A DNA stretch of 64,000 bases from Bacillota bacterium (GCA_051744845.1 JBNJDJ010000002.1:8319-72318), one strand, 5' to 3'; counted from the first letter of the stretch, positions 17,125-27,698 are shown. Notes: generated from the letters alone by a model not told the origin. Program-made: numbers and translations.

Positions 17125-19490
17125 TATTTTAATGTAACAACTGTTACACCTGTACCTCCTTCATCATAACTACCTTCTCTATATTTTTTTACATGATAAT
17201 GATTATCTAAATACTCTCTTACACCTGATCGTAAAGCACCTGTTCCTTTACCATGAATAATAGTTACTTCGTTTAAGCTTGATAAATAAACATCATCTAA
17301 ATATTCATCTAAAATATAAGTAGCTTGTTCAATATTTTTACCTCTAATATCTATCTCTTTTTTTACTCTTTTGGTACTTTTATTATACTTTTTATTATCA
17401 TAAGAGTCATTTGTTTTATCATTTTTTTCAGTAATTTTATCTATTCTTTTTAAATCATCGCTATCTACACTAACCTTTAAAAGTCCAGCTTGTACTCTTA
17501 TTTTATCATCATTAACTTCTAGTACTTCTCCTTCTTGACCTAGAGACATAATTTTAACTTTATCACCAGGTTTTAGATCTTTAGCCTTTTTATAATCTTT
17601 TGTTTTAGAAAAAATATTTTCACTATATTCTTTAGATTTTTCACTAAGATCTTCCTTTAAATTTTCAATTTCTTTATTATCAACATCAGATTCACTTTGA
17701 ATTTGTCTTAATCTTTTTATAATTCTTTTAGATTCTTTTTGTGCTTGTTTAACAATATACTTAGCTTCCCTTTTAGCATCTTTGATAATTTTTTTCTTCT
17801 TTTCTTTAAATTCTTTCTTTTCTTTTTTTAAAGATTTTTTCATTTTTTCAATTTCTACTCTTAAATCAATTGCTTCATCTCTTTGCTTTTCAATATCTTT
17901 TTTATCTTCTTGAATATGTGAAAGTATTTGTTCAAACTGGACATTTTCTTGTTTAATATGTTTTTGAGCTTCATCGATTACCTTTTCGTTTAAGCCTAGT
18001 TTTCTAGAAATATCGAAAGCATTTGATCTGCCAGGAATACCAACTGAAATTTTATAAGTAGGACTCAATGTTTCTATATCAAATTCTACACTTGCATTTT
18101 CTATACCTTCTGTTAGTAGCGCATATTCTTTTAATTCATTATAATGTGTAGTTGCAATAGTTCTTATATCTTTTTTATATAATCTTTTTAAAATTGCTGT
18201 AGCTAAAGCCGCTCCTTCAGTAGGATCAGTTCCTGCTCCTAATTCATCAAATAATACTAAAGAGTTTTTAGTAACTTCTTTTAAAATATGAACTATATTT
18301 GTCATATGAGATGAAAACGTAGATAAACTTTGTTCTATACTTTGTTCATCTCCTATATCTGCAAATACATTATCAAAAATAGAAATTTCTGTTCCTAAAT
18401 CTGCAGGAATATGAAGTCCAGCCATAGTCATTAATGTAAGTAAACCTACAGTTTTTAAAGTAACTGTTTTACCACCTGTATTTGGTCCAGTAATTACTAA
18501 GGATGTGAAATCTTTTCCTAACCATATATTAGATGGAACTACTTCATCTTTAGGAATTAATGGGTGTCTACCATTTTTAATATTAATATATCTATCTGTA
18601 TTTATTAAAGGCTTTACACCATCCATTTTTATAGATAAATTCGTCTTAGCTAATATAAAATCAATATTTGTCAATATATCTTGATTATTTAATAATTCAT
18701 TAGAAACTTCAGAAATATCAGCTGTTAATTCATATAATATTCTTTCAATTTCTTTTTTTTCATCAATTTTTAATTCTTTAATTTTATTATTTTGTTTTAT
18801 AACTGAGTTTGGTTCTATATAAAGTGTAACTCCGCTAGAAGATCTATCGTGAACTATTCCTTTAATTTTATTTTTATAGCTAGATTTAACTGGTACTACA
18901 AATCTATTATTTCTTATAGTTATTACATTATCTTGTAAATATTTTTGAGTGTTTTTATTATTTATAATTGAATCTAATTTAGATCTAATAGACGAATTAC
19001 TTTTTCTTATCTCTTTTCTAATATTATTTAATTTAGAAGAAGCATGATCAGCAATTTCATCTTCAGATACAATAATTTTATCTATCTTTTTTTCCAAATA
19101 CTTTAATGAGTTTAAGCTATCTGCTAAATTATATGTTATTTTATAATCAGTTTCTATATTATCAATATCAAAAATATAGTTTCTAAAATTTCTACTAGTT
19201 CTTAAACTATCTTTGACTTCTAATATTTCTTTTATAGATAAATAAGATCCTATATTTGCTTTTTTCATATATGTTTCCATATCATAAAAAGGTCCAAAAG
19301 GAATATTTCCATAAAGATCAAATATCTTTCTGAATTCTTCAATTTCTGATAGTTTATATTTTATTTTGTCTTTTTCTTTATAAAAATCTATATTTTTAAT
19401 TTTTTCTTTTCCTAAAGAAGATGTTATTTCATTTTTTAACATCTCTTTTATTTTATTAAACTCTAAAGCATTTATTGCTTTTTTATCCAA
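17124..19490 (-). CDS. mutS2: Endonuclease MutS2
   Basis: GPNTGGKTV Walker A, DELGAGTDP, a Lys-rich coiled coil and a C-terminal Smr domain (IDIRGK...IHGKGTGALR). TTG start at 19488-19490 with AAAGGAG upstream. Confidence 0.9.
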   Translation of the reverse strand: MDKKAINALEFNKIKEMLKNEITSSLGKEKIKNIDFYKEKDKIKYKLSEIEEFRKIFDLYGNIPFGPFYDMETYMKKANIGSYLSIKEILEVKDSLRTSRNFRNYIFDIDNIETDYKITYNLADSLNSLKYLEKKIDKIIVSEDEIADHASSKLNNIRKEIRKSNSSIRSKLDSIINNKNTQKYLQDNVITIRNNRFVVPVKSSYKNKIKGIVHDRSSSGVTLYIEPNSVIKQNNKIKELKIDEKKEIERILYELTADISEVSNELLNNQDILTNIDFILAKTNLSIKMDGVKPLINTDRYINIKNGRHPLIPKDEVVPSNIWLGKDFTSLVITGPNTGGKTVTLKTVGLLTLMTMAGLHIPADLGTEISIFDNVFADIGDEQSIEQSLSTFSSHMTNIVHILKEVTKNSLVLFDELGAGTDPTEGAALATAILKRLYKKDIRTIATTHYNELKEYALLTEGIENASVEFDIETLSPTYKISVGIPGRSNAFDISRKLGLNEKVIDEAQKHIKQENVQFEQILSHIQEDKKDIEKQRDEAIDLRVEIEKMKKSLKKEKKEFKEKKKKIIKDAKREAKYIVKQAQKESKRIIKRLRQIQSESDVDNKEIENLKEDLSEKSKEYSENIFSKTKDYKKAKDLKPGDKVKIMSLGQEGEVLEVNDDKIRVQAGLLKVSVDSDDLKRIDKITEKNDKTNDSYDNKKYNKSTKRVKKEIDIRGKNIEQATYILDEYLDDVYLSSLNEVTIIHGKGTGALRSGVREYLDNHYHVKKYREGSYDEGGTGVTVVTLK

Positions 19491-19519
19491 AATTATTCAA
19501 CTCCTTTTTGCATATCAAA

Positions 19520-21748
19520 TTATTTTATCACATTTTTTGAAAATAATTCTAAAATTTCTTTTACTTTTTTTCTAGACTCAAAAACAAAATCCAATCTATA
19601 ATAATCTATATTAACACTTTTTAACTTATCAATCTTTTTTATTAAATTTATTTTTCTATGGCTATATATTTCTAATAAATCATCTTTTATATACTTTAGT
19701 CTATATTTATCAGTATATTCATTTTCTAAATATAAATTTTTATCATTTTTTGAAATAAAATTATATTTAGTAGTCATCACTGGTACTTTACCGTATACTA
19801 TTTTACTTAATTTTTTATCAGTATTAATTGAAATATTTTTTATTTCATCTAAATTTAATTCTGGTGAAAGAGTTAATACATTTATAAATTCAGACAAATA
19901 TTTAATAGTTAAGTTATTAAATATATTTAAATTTAAATCACCATGTAATTTTTTATTATTAAAATACTCCATTTGACCTAAGCTAGATACTAAAAGTTTT
20001 TGTAAATTAGGATGATTTTTATCTATTTTTTTAAGTTCATCAAATGAAGTTATAGTATTTAATTTTAAAAAAACTTTATTTAATTTATCAATCTCTTTAG
20101 CCTTTATAAAAGTATTTATATCATCATAATAAATTGCTTTGATCATTTTTTGGTTTTTAAAATTTAAAACTCCTCTTAATTGATTTAAATTTGATACTTT
20201 AATTATAAATTTAGGATCTACTTTCTTTTTTAAATTATTATCTTTCAATTTTAAATTTATTTTTTTTCTATCATATTTATTTTTTCTTATTTTATTTAAT
20301 TTTGAAATAGCTTTTCTTCTTAATTTATTTAAATTAGATATTAAAATGAAAATATTTTCATCTCCACTTATTTCTAAAGTATCTAACTTATAAGGAGTAT
20401 TTCCTAATTTAGATAAGTGCTTTTCTAAATCATTTTTATTTAAAGGACTAGTTTTAGCTTTTTCAACCTTTTCATCTAATTTAACTTTTAAAACATTATT
20501 TTTATTATCAATCACAGTTAATTTAAGTTTTTTTCCTATAAAAAGTTTTATAAAAAAATTTATAGGAATATTAGACTTTGAATAATTTATATCTTTTTTA
20601 ATAGATTTAATATAATCTACATCATAGGTCTTATATACTTTATCGCCTACATCTATTTTTTTATCCCAAAATACCTTTACAATATTACCTTTATTAGCTT
20701 TCTTAACTCTATTATTCTCAAAAATAATTTCTTTAACTCTTAAACCTTTAGAAGAATTATTTTTTCTAATTTGTATTTCATCTTGAATAGCTAAGTTATC
20801 TTTTAATTCTAATTTAATATAATTAGATTCTTTCGATATAACCTTACCTAAAAGTTTTCCTTTATTTGAAGGAGTATTTTTAGTAGTAAAATCTTTAATT
20901 TCTTTATTAAACAAAAAACCTTTTGTATAATTTCTATTAAATACCTTTTTTAAATCTTTATCTTTAAAATCATTTTTATATGCTCTTATTATTTCATATA
21001 CATATTCTTGTGATTTCATTCTTCCTTCAATTTTCAAACTAGAAATATCTATATTTTTTAACTTATCAATATCTTTTAATGTTTTTAAATCTTTAGCTGA
21101 AAGAATATATCCTTGATCATAAATATTATTTTCTAAATCTTTTAGTTTATAAATACGTCTACAAGGTTGGGCACACTTACCTCTATTTGCACTTCTACCT
21201 CCTATAAAGCTACTCATCAAACACTGTCCTGAATAAGACATACATAAACTACCATGAACAAATACTTCTAATTCGACATTAGAATTATTTTTTATATATT
21301 TTAAAGTTTCAAAATTAACTTCCCTAGATAGTATAACTCTAGAAAAACCTAATTTTTCTAAATGTAATACATCCGCTAAACTATAAGCTGTCATTTGAGT
21401 TGAAGCATGTATATCCAAATCAGGAAAAAACTCAGTTACATATTTAGCTAAACCAATATCTTGAATTATAATTGCATCAACATTATTTGTATACAAAAAA
21501 TTAATATACTCTAATACTTTTTTTATCTCTCTTTGTTTAATCAATGTATTTACAGTAATATATACATTAACGTCTCGCAGATGACAATATTCTATTGCTT
21601 TTTTTATTTCTTCTTTATCAAAGTTTTTAGCAAAAGACCTTGCGCCAAAGAATTTTCCTGCGAAATATACTGCATCGGCACCTGCAATTACAGCTGCCTT
21701 TAATTTAGTATAATCTCCTGCTGGTGCTAATATTTCTACTTTTTTCAA
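19520..21748 (-). CDS. U32-family protein, long form (peptidase U32 / putative Fe-S RNA hydroxylase family)
   Basis: 742 aa. C-x6-C-x15-C-x3-C is seen in CMSYSGQCLMSSFIGGRSANRGKCAQPC. TTG start at 21746-21748 with GGAGG 7 nt upstream. Confidence 0.8.
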   Translation of the reverse strand: MKKVEILAPAGDYTKLKAAVIAGADAVYFAGKFFGARSFAKNFDKEEIKKAIEYCHLRDVNVYITVNTLIKQREIKKVLEYINFLYTNNVDAIIIQDIGLAKYVTEFFPDLDIHASTQMTAYSLADVLHLEKLGFSRVILSREVNFETLKYIKNNSNVELEVFVHGSLCMSYSGQCLMSSFIGGRSANRGKCAQPCRRIYKLKDLENNIYDQGYILSAKDLKTLKDIDKLKNIDISSLKIEGRMKSQEYVYEIIRAYKNDFKDKDLKKVFNRNYTKGFLFNKEIKDFTTKNTPSNKGKLLGKVISKESNYIKLELKDNLAIQDEIQIRKNNSSKGLRVKEIIFENNRVKKANKGNIVKVFWDKKIDVGDKVYKTYDVDYIKSIKKDINYSKSNIPINFFIKLFIGKKLKLTVIDNKNNVLKVKLDEKVEKAKTSPLNKNDLEKHLSKLGNTPYKLDTLEISGDENIFILISNLNKLRRKAISKLNKIRKNKYDRKKINLKLKDNNLKKKVDPKFIIKVSNLNQLRGVLNFKNQKMIKAIYYDDINTFIKAKEIDKLNKVFLKLNTITSFDELKKIDKNHPNLQKLLVSSLGQMEYFNNKKLHGDLNLNIFNNLTIKYLSEFINVLTLSPELNLDEIKNISINTDKKLSKIVYGKVPVMTTKYNFISKNDKNLYLENEYTDKYRLKYIKDDLLEIYSHRKINLIKKIDKLKSVNIDYYRLDFVFESRKKVKEILELFSKNVIK

Positions 21749-21763
21749 ATGTATACCTCCATG

Positions 21764-21787
21764 AAAAAAAGTGGTTTAAAACCACTT
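21764..21787 (-). terminator. Hairpin plus T7 overlapping the zapA stop (terminator or attenuator before the U32 gene)
   Basis: AAGTGGT / ACCACTT stem (21769-21775 / 21781-21787), followed by TTTTTTT on the minus strand. The U32 gene SD starts immediately after. Confidence 0.5.
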
Positions 21788-22358
21788 AATTGCTATTTTT
21801 TTCATCAAATTCTGTTAAAAAATCATCTAATTCTTTTTTTGTTTTTTCAATTGTAGTATCTTTTTGCTCAAGTTTATCTTTTAAATTCTCAATTTTTTTA
21901 TCTGATTCTTTTAATTCTTTTTCTTTTTTATTTATTTCTTCTCTTAAAAGATCCACTTCATTTCTTAACTCGTCTAATCCATTTTCATAAGTCGCTGAAT
22001 TTTCAAATAATGAATTAAATTCGTCAATAATTTTATTATATGCTTTATTTTTTTCTTCAAATTCACTTGAAATCCTGTTTAACTTATTTTTTAACAATTT
22101 AAGTTCATATTCAGGATTTTCAACTCTTTTTTCTAATTCCTTATTATATTCTAATACTTTAAAATACTCATCAGTAATATTTAAAGAAGTTAAAACAGCT
22201 AACATCGATGAATTAAGTTTCCTATTTTTAGATTTAACCTCATTAATTTTCTTTTTTACAAATTCAGATACTTTTTCCATATGTTCTACTGAATCATTGC
22301 TTTTTAAAGTATAATCCCTACTTAAAATATTTACAACTATTTTATTTTTTTTAGCCAT
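21786..22358 (-). CDS. zapA: Cell-division protein ZapA with an extended coiled-coil tail
   Basis: The N-terminal roughly 90 aa (VVNILSRDYTLKSNDSVEHMEKVSEFV...LAVLTSLNITDEY) follow the ZapA pattern. The C-terminal roughly 100 aa are a Glu/Lys-rich coiled coil. Confidence 0.65.
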   Translation of the reverse strand: MAKKNKIVVNILSRDYTLKSNDSVEHMEKVSEFVKKKINEVKSKNRKLNSSMLAVLTSLNITDEYFKVLEYNKELEKRVENPEYELKLLKNKLNRISSEFEEKNKAYNKIIDEFNSLFENSATYENGLDELRNEVDLLREEINKKEKELKESDKKIENLKDKLEQKDTTIEKTKKELDDFLTEFDEKNSN

Positions 22359-22415
22359 ATTAAGCTCCTTTTCATCTTTATTATATTTTATAAAAATTTA
22401 ATACTTTTTTCAAGT

Positions 22416-22859
22416 TTAATAAAGATAATTTGCAATAATAATACCTAAAAATGCTCCAGCAATTACTTCAACAGGTGTATGACCAACTAATTCCTTAAGT
22501 TTAATATCTTTATTTGATTTATTATTATAATAATTTTTTATTAAACGATTAATTATAATAGCTTGTTTACCTACAGCTCTTCTTACTCCTGAAGCATCAT
22601 ACATAACAATTAATGAAAAAATTAAAGAAGTAACATATGCATCATGAGAAAAACCATATTTTAAACCAATTGCTGTTGATACTCCCATAACTAAAGATGA
22701 ATGAGAACTTGGCATGCCACCCGAGCCGACAAATCTAGTTAAATCAAATTCTTTAGTTTTAAGTAATTTTGTAAAAATTTTAAAAAATTGAGCTAAAAAC
22801 CAAGACATAAAACCTGATAAAAATATATTATTATTAAACAACTTAAATAAAAAATTCAT
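22416..22859 (-). CDS. Divergent PAP2 (DUF212, YuiD-like) membrane protein
   Basis: GGMPSSHSS, YDASGVRR and GHTPVEV motifs. Confidence 0.7.
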   Translation of the reverse strand: MNFLFKLFNNNIFLSGFMSWFLAQFFKIFTKLLKTKEFDLTRFVGSGGMPSSHSSLVMGVSTAIGLKYGFSHDAYVTSLIFSLIVMYDASGVRRAVGKQAIIINRLIKNYYNNKSNKDIKLKELVGHTPVEVIAGAFLGIIIANYLY

Positions 22860-22860
22860 T

Positions 22861-24216
22861 TTATCCTTTCTGTGAGCTTAAAAAATCAATGATTTTTTCC
22901 ATTTCCATACCTCTAGATCCTTTTAATAATATTAAATTATCTTGTAAAGATGCAATATCTATCTCTTTTTTTAGTTCATCTTTATTTTTATAATAATTTA
23001 CATCTAAAAAATCCTTAGATTCATTATAAGCATATTTCATTTCACTACCTACTAAAAATACTTTATCAATTTTTATAGTTTTTAAAAAATTCCCGATTTC
23101 TTTATGTACCAATTCAGAATATTTACCTAGCTCTAAAATATCTCCTAAAAAAGCAACTTTTTTATTGTATTTAGAATTTATTAAAGTTTTTAAAGCTGAT
23201 TTAGTAGATTCTAAACTAGCATTATAACAATCTTTTATAATAGTAAAATCATCTGTTTTAACTACTTCCATCCTTTTATCTGTATCTTTATAAGTTTCTA
23301 TACCTTCTATAATATCTTTTTCTTTTATATTTAATAAAATTCCTAAAAGTACAGCTGGTAAAATTGAATAAGAAATATGTTGACCAATAGCTAACGTTTC
23401 AAAGTAATAACTTAAATTATTATATTCAAGCTCTATATTATTTCCATCTATTCCGCTAGATACCATTTTTTTACATACTATATCATTCTCATTTTTATAA
23501 CCAAAGCTAAATTTATTAAAATTTATTTTATTTATACTTCTATTTAGTTGTGGATCGTCACCGTTATAAATAGCAATGCAGTTATCAGAAGCATAATCAA
23601 ATATTTGAAATTTTGCTTTTACTATTTCATCTTTAGAATTAAAATTTCCTACATGAGAAAGACCTATATTCGTTAAAACAACGTAATTAGGCTTAGCCAT
23701 TTTAGAAAGAACTTTCATTTCTCCATAGTAATCTATTCCCATTTCTAAAACTAAAATATCTGTATCTTTTTTTAAGTTAAGAAGTGTCTTGGCTACTCCT
23801 ATTTTATTATTATAATTTTTATAAGTTTTTAAAACATTATATTTGTTTTTTAAAACATTATATATAAATTCTTTAGTTGTAGTTTTACCTACACTTCCGG
23901 TAATCCCAATTATTAAAGGATCAATTTTATCTCTATAATATTTTGCTATTTTATAATATGCTTTTTTAGTATCCTCTACTATTAATGCCGGATAATCGAC
24001 TAACTTTTCACTTAAAGTTAAAAGTGCTCCTTTTTCAAATGCTTTATTTATAAAATCATGTCCATCAAAATTTTGACCTTTTAACGGAATAAAAAGTTCT
24101 TGAGAATTTATTTTTCTCGTATCTGTACTTATATTCTTAATTTCTTTTTTTAAATCTAAATTAATTTTATGTAATTTACAATCAAGTATATTCACTAGTT
24201 CATCTATTTTAAACAT
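22861..24216 (-). CDS. murF: UDP-N-acetylmuramoyl-tripeptide--D-alanyl-D-alanine ligase
   Basis: GITGSVGKTTTKE P-loop, VLEMG and NIGLSHV motifs. GGAGGG lies 5 nt before the ATG at 24216 (ORF track gives 24243). Confidence 0.85.
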   Translation of the reverse strand: MFKIDELVNILDCKLHKINLDLKKEIKNISTDTRKINSQELFIPLKGQNFDGHDFINKAFEKGALLTLSEKLVDYPALIVEDTKKAYYKIAKYYRDKIDPLIIGITGSVGKTTTKEFIYNVLKNKYNVLKTYKNYNNKIGVAKTLLNLKKDTDILVLEMGIDYYGEMKVLSKMAKPNYVVLTNIGLSHVGNFNSKDEIVKAKFQIFDYASDNCIAIYNGDDPQLNRSINKINFNKFSFGYKNENDIVCKKMVSSGIDGNNIELEYNNLSYYFETLAIGQHISYSILPAVLLGILLNIKEKDIIEGIETYKDTDKRMEVVKTDDFTIIKDCYNASLESTKSALKTLINSKYNKKVAFLGDILELGKYSELVHKEIGNFLKTIKIDKVFLVGSEMKYAYNESKDFLDVNYYKNKDELKKEIDIASLQDNLILLKGSRGMEMEKIIDFLSSQKG

Positions 24217-24280
24217 TTTTTCCCTCCAAACTAAGTATATCATAAATAAATGTAAATTTCATTTAAGGTTTAAAATTTAA

Positions 24281-24311
24281 TAAAATAAAAATAGAGGATA
24301 TTCTCCTCTAT
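24281..24311 (-). terminator. Rho-independent terminator after the CdaR/PucR-like gene
   Basis: ATAGAGGA / TCCTCTAT stem (24291-24298 / 24304-24311), then TTTTTATTTT on the minus strand. Confidence 0.65.
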
Positions 24312-25321
24312 CATTTGACATTTTTCATCAATAAAATTATATAAAATTTTAAAGCATCGTCAAATTTCTTTAAATCAAAACCTGTAATTTCCTTGATTTT
24401 ATTAATTCTATAAATCAAAGTGTTTCTATGAACATAAATCTTTTTAGAAGTCTCCGTTATATTTAAGTTATTTTTAAAAAATTGTTTAGCACTATAAATT
24501 AAATCTTTATTTTCAAAAATTTCCTTGTATTTTATAGAATTTCTTTTATTTAATTTTCTAATAAATTTTTTAGGTAAATTATCTATGATAATTGGTAATA
24601 AAAAATCTTCGTAATAATATATATCTTTTGCTAAATTAAATCTTTTAGAAAGAGAAATATTTTTAATAGCTTTTTCAAAAGATTGATGTATATCTATATA
24701 ACTATTTACTTTATTTCCTACTGAAATAATAGGTTTCGTTTCTATTTCCATAGATAACTGAGCAAATAAATTTTTAACTACCTTTTTTACATCTTCTTCA
24801 CTTTTATCAGTAATAATTGCTATAGTTTCATTATCAACTACTAAAGAATAATCAAATACAAATAAATTTTTTATAACCATTAAAAATTGATTAATATTTT
24901 TATGACATTTAACAACTATAACAAAGTAATTATTATCTTTTTTTATTTTAAATTTTTTAAAATAATCTTCAATATTTTCAATAGACATATTATTTAATAA
25001 AATTTCTCTATGAAAGTCTTTTTCCTTCATTTTTTTACGCTTTTCATCAAATAATAATTTAATAACATTTAAAGTTTCTAAAGAGCCTTTATAACCTATT
25101 ACATATTTTAGTTTATTATAATTATATATATAGAGAAAATCATAGTTTTCAGCTTTTAAAATAGATTCTTTTTTGTCGTTTTTAGGTATGTCTAAAACAT
25201 TGCCTATTAACTTAATATTATTACTATCAATAATCTCACCGCTATCGTTTAACAAGACAATTTCGTCTTCCACCATAGAGATAACTTTTGAAAAAACACT
25301 TTTGATTTTATTAAATTTCAT
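24311..25321 (-). CDS. CdaR/PucR-family transcriptional regulator
   Basis: The C-terminal HTH block LNITETSKKIYVHRNTLIYRINKIKEITG is typical of the PucR C-terminal domain. The N-terminal sensor part is uncharacterised. Confidence 0.6.
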   Translation of the reverse strand: MKFNKIKSVFSKVISMVEDEIVLLNDSGEIIDSNNIKLIGNVLDIPKNDKKESILKAENYDFLYIYNYNKLKYVIGYKGSLETLNVIKLLFDEKRKKMKEKDFHREILLNNMSIENIEDYFKKFKIKKDNNYFVIVVKCHKNINQFLMVIKNLFVFDYSLVVDNETIAIITDKSEEDVKKVVKNLFAQLSMEIETKPIISVGNKVNSYIDIHQSFEKAIKNISLSKRFNLAKDIYYYEDFLLPIIIDNLPKKFIRKLNKRNSIKYKEIFENKDLIYSAKQFFKNNLNITETSKKIYVHRNTLIYRINKIKEITGFDLKKFDDALKFYIILLMKNVK

Positions 25322-25330
25322 CCTTTTCTC

Positions 25331-26416
25331 CTAAAAAATTGCTATTTCAGTTTCCTTGTCAAACAAATTAATTTTATCTTCTCTAAATTCAAAAGTTACT
25401 TCATCTTCAACAGATACATCATAATCAGGGTCTATACCAATAACTACTTTTTGACCATCAACTGTCAAATAAAGATAAGTTTCAGAACCTAATAATTCCA
25501 TAACTTCAACTTTAGAATCTAAACCTTTTTCGCTAATAAAAGCATGTTCAGGTCTTGCTCCTAAAATAACTTCTTTGCCTACATATCCTTTTTCTTTAAG
25601 AATATTTCCTCTAGTCTCATTTAATTTTACCATAACATCGAAATATTTAACAAAAATATCTGAATTTTTTTCTGTAACTTTAGCATCTATAAAATTCATT
25701 TGAGGTGATCCAATAAACCCGCCAACAAAAACATTTGCAGGTGAATCATAAATTGTTTGAGGATCAGCAACTTGTTGAATTTCTCCTTCATTTAAAATAC
25801 AAATTCTTGTACCCATTGTCATAGCTTCAGTTTGATCATGTGTAACATAAACAAAAGTAGTATCTAGTTCGTGATGTAGTTTACTTAACTCTGCTCTCAT
25901 TTCTACTCTTAATTTAGCATCTAAATTACTTAAAGGCTCATCCATTAAAAATACTTTTGGATCTCTTACAATAGCTCTTCCTAAAGCAACTCTTTGTCTT
26001 TGACCACCAGATAATTGTTTAGGTTTTCTATCTAATAAAGGAGTTATACCTAAAATTTCACCAGCATTTTTAACTCTTTGATCTATTTCATCTTTATCAA
26101 CTTTTTTTAATTTTAATCCAAATGCCATATTATCATATACAGTCATATGAGGATATAACGCATAATTTTGAAATACCATAGCAATATCTCTATCTTTAGG
26201 AGCTACTTCATTAACTACTTGATCTCCTATAGAAAGTTTACCACCTGTAATTTCCTCTAGTCCTGCAATCATCCTTAAAGTAGTTGTTTTTCCACAACCT
26301 GATGGTCCAACAAATACCATAAATTCTTTATCTTTAATTTCTAAATCGATACTTTCAATTGCTTCAAATCCATTCGGATATACTTTATTTACTTTTTCTA
26401 ATGTAACCTTTGCCAT
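25331..26416 (-). CDS. Sugar ABC transporter ATP-binding protein (MsmK/MsmX/UgpC type), no cognate permease nearby
   Basis: GPSGCGKTT, LSGGQRQRVALGRA, FLMDEPLSNLD and a C-terminal MalK-like regulatory domain. Confidence 0.85.
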   Translation of the reverse strand: MAKVTLEKVNKVYPNGFEAIESIDLEIKDKEFMVFVGPSGCGKTTTLRMIAGLEEITGGKLSIGDQVVNEVAPKDRDIAMVFQNYALYPHMTVYDNMAFGLKLKKVDKDEIDQRVKNAGEILGITPLLDRKPKQLSGGQRQRVALGRAIVRDPKVFLMDEPLSNLDAKLRVEMRAELSKLHHELDTTFVYVTHDQTEAMTMGTRICILNEGEIQQVADPQTIYDSPANVFVGGFIGSPQMNFIDAKVTEKNSDIFVKYFDVMVKLNETRGNILKEKGYVGKEVILGARPEHAFISEKGLDSKVEVMELLGSETYLYLTVDGQKVVIGIDPDYDVSVEDEVTFEFREDKINLFDKETEIAIF

Positions 26417-26615
26417 AATAATACCTCCATCTACTGTCTTTTAACTAATTATATTATATAATAAAGACTGTTAAAAAAAAGTGTTAGATGATACAAAAAA
26501 ATAAGATTATATTATATAAATTAACTATATATTATTTTTTTTGATAAAATGTTAACTTATCTTGTGTATTTGGCTTATAAATAATATAATGAATTCAAAT
26601 GTTTGAAAGGATAAT

Positions 26616-27698
26616 ATGATTAATCAATTTATAATAACTATATTAATTTTATTTATGATAATTGGAGCTTTAGATAAAATATTTGGTAACAAATATGGAT
26701 ATGGTAAAGCTTTTGAAAAAGGATATCAAGTAATGGGAAGTCTAAGTCTTGCAATGATAGGTGCTATATCTGTTTCTCCTGTTTTAGCAAACCTTTTATT
26801 CCCTATAATAAAACCAATTTATAACTTTATTGGTGCTGATCCTGGTATGTTTCCACCATCTATTTTAGCAATAGATATGGGAGGATATACTATGGCTAAA
26901 AGTATAACTAGTGATCCAAATATACATATTTTTGGTGGTTTAATCATTGGTTCTATGTTAGGAACTACTATTATATTTACTATACCTATAGCACTAAATA
27001 TTATAGAAAAAAAAGATTTAAAATATTTTTCCAAAGGAATTATAATCGGCATATCTACTTTACCAATTGGTGCACTTTTAGGTGGATTAATTGCTGGAAT
27101 TAATATTAAATTATTAATAATAAATTTAATACCTATTATTCTTTTCTCAACTTTTGTAAGTATTGGTTTGATTTATTTTACTAAATTTATATTAAATTCT
27201 TTTTATTATTTATCTAAATTTATTTTTGGTGGAATCATATTAGTTTTATTAATAGGTTCGATACAAACTTATACAGATATTGTTATAATTAATAATTTAT
27301 TACCTTTAGAAAAAGGATTTTTAATCGTAGGTAAAATAGCTATTATTTTATCTGGAGCTTTTCCTTTAATATTTTTTATAGAAAATCATTTTGAAAAAAG
27401 TTTAATTTCATTTGGTAAAAAAATGAATATAAATAAAGAAACCACAGTTGGAATTTTAGGAAGTCTTGCTAATAATATTGTTGCATTGGAAAAATTAAAA
27501 GATATGAATCCTAAAGGTAAAATACTATGTACTTCATTTTTAGTAAGTGGTTCATTTACCTTTGGTGGACAACTAGGTTTTATTGCAAATATTGATTCAA
27601 AATATATATTTCCAGTTATAATTGCTAAACTAACAAATGGAATATTATCTATTCTATTAACTCACTTTTTAATATCAAAAAACATTTTATCAAAATAA
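26616..27698 (+). CDS. eutH: EutH-family membrane permease
   Basis: 360 aa. It aligns by eye along its length with E. coli EutH (AIDMGGY..AK, GSMLGTTIIFTIPIAL, LANNI, GGQLGF). Confidence 0.8.
   Translation: MINQFIITILILFMIIGALDKIFGNKYGYGKAFEKGYQVMGSLSLAMIGAISVSPVLANLLFPIIKPIYNFIGADPGMFPPSILAIDMGGYTMAKSITSDPNIHIFGGLIIGSMLGTTIIFTIPIALNIIEKKDLKYFSKGIIIGISTLPIGALLGGLIAGINIKLLIINLIPIILFSTFVSIGLIYFTKFILNSFYYLSKFIFGGIILVLLIGSIQTYTDIVIINNLLPLEKGFLIVGKIAIILSGAFPLIFFIENHFEKSLISFGKKMNINKETTVGILGSLANNIVALEKLKDMNPKGKILCTSFLVSGSFTFGGQLGFIANIDSKYIFPVIIAKLTNGILSILLTHFLISKNILSK

Noticed and set aside
26489-26545. 18-codon ORF (MIQKNKIILYKLTIYYFF) in the 199-nt region upstream of eutH as a leader peptide
   Set aside because: It has no SD and no associated alternative hairpins. 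Such an ORF is expected by chance in AT-rich sequence.
26616-27698. Ethanolamine-utilisation locus or bacterial microcompartment
   Set aside because: Only eutH is present. No eutABC, shell proteins or eutVW occur anywhere in the window.
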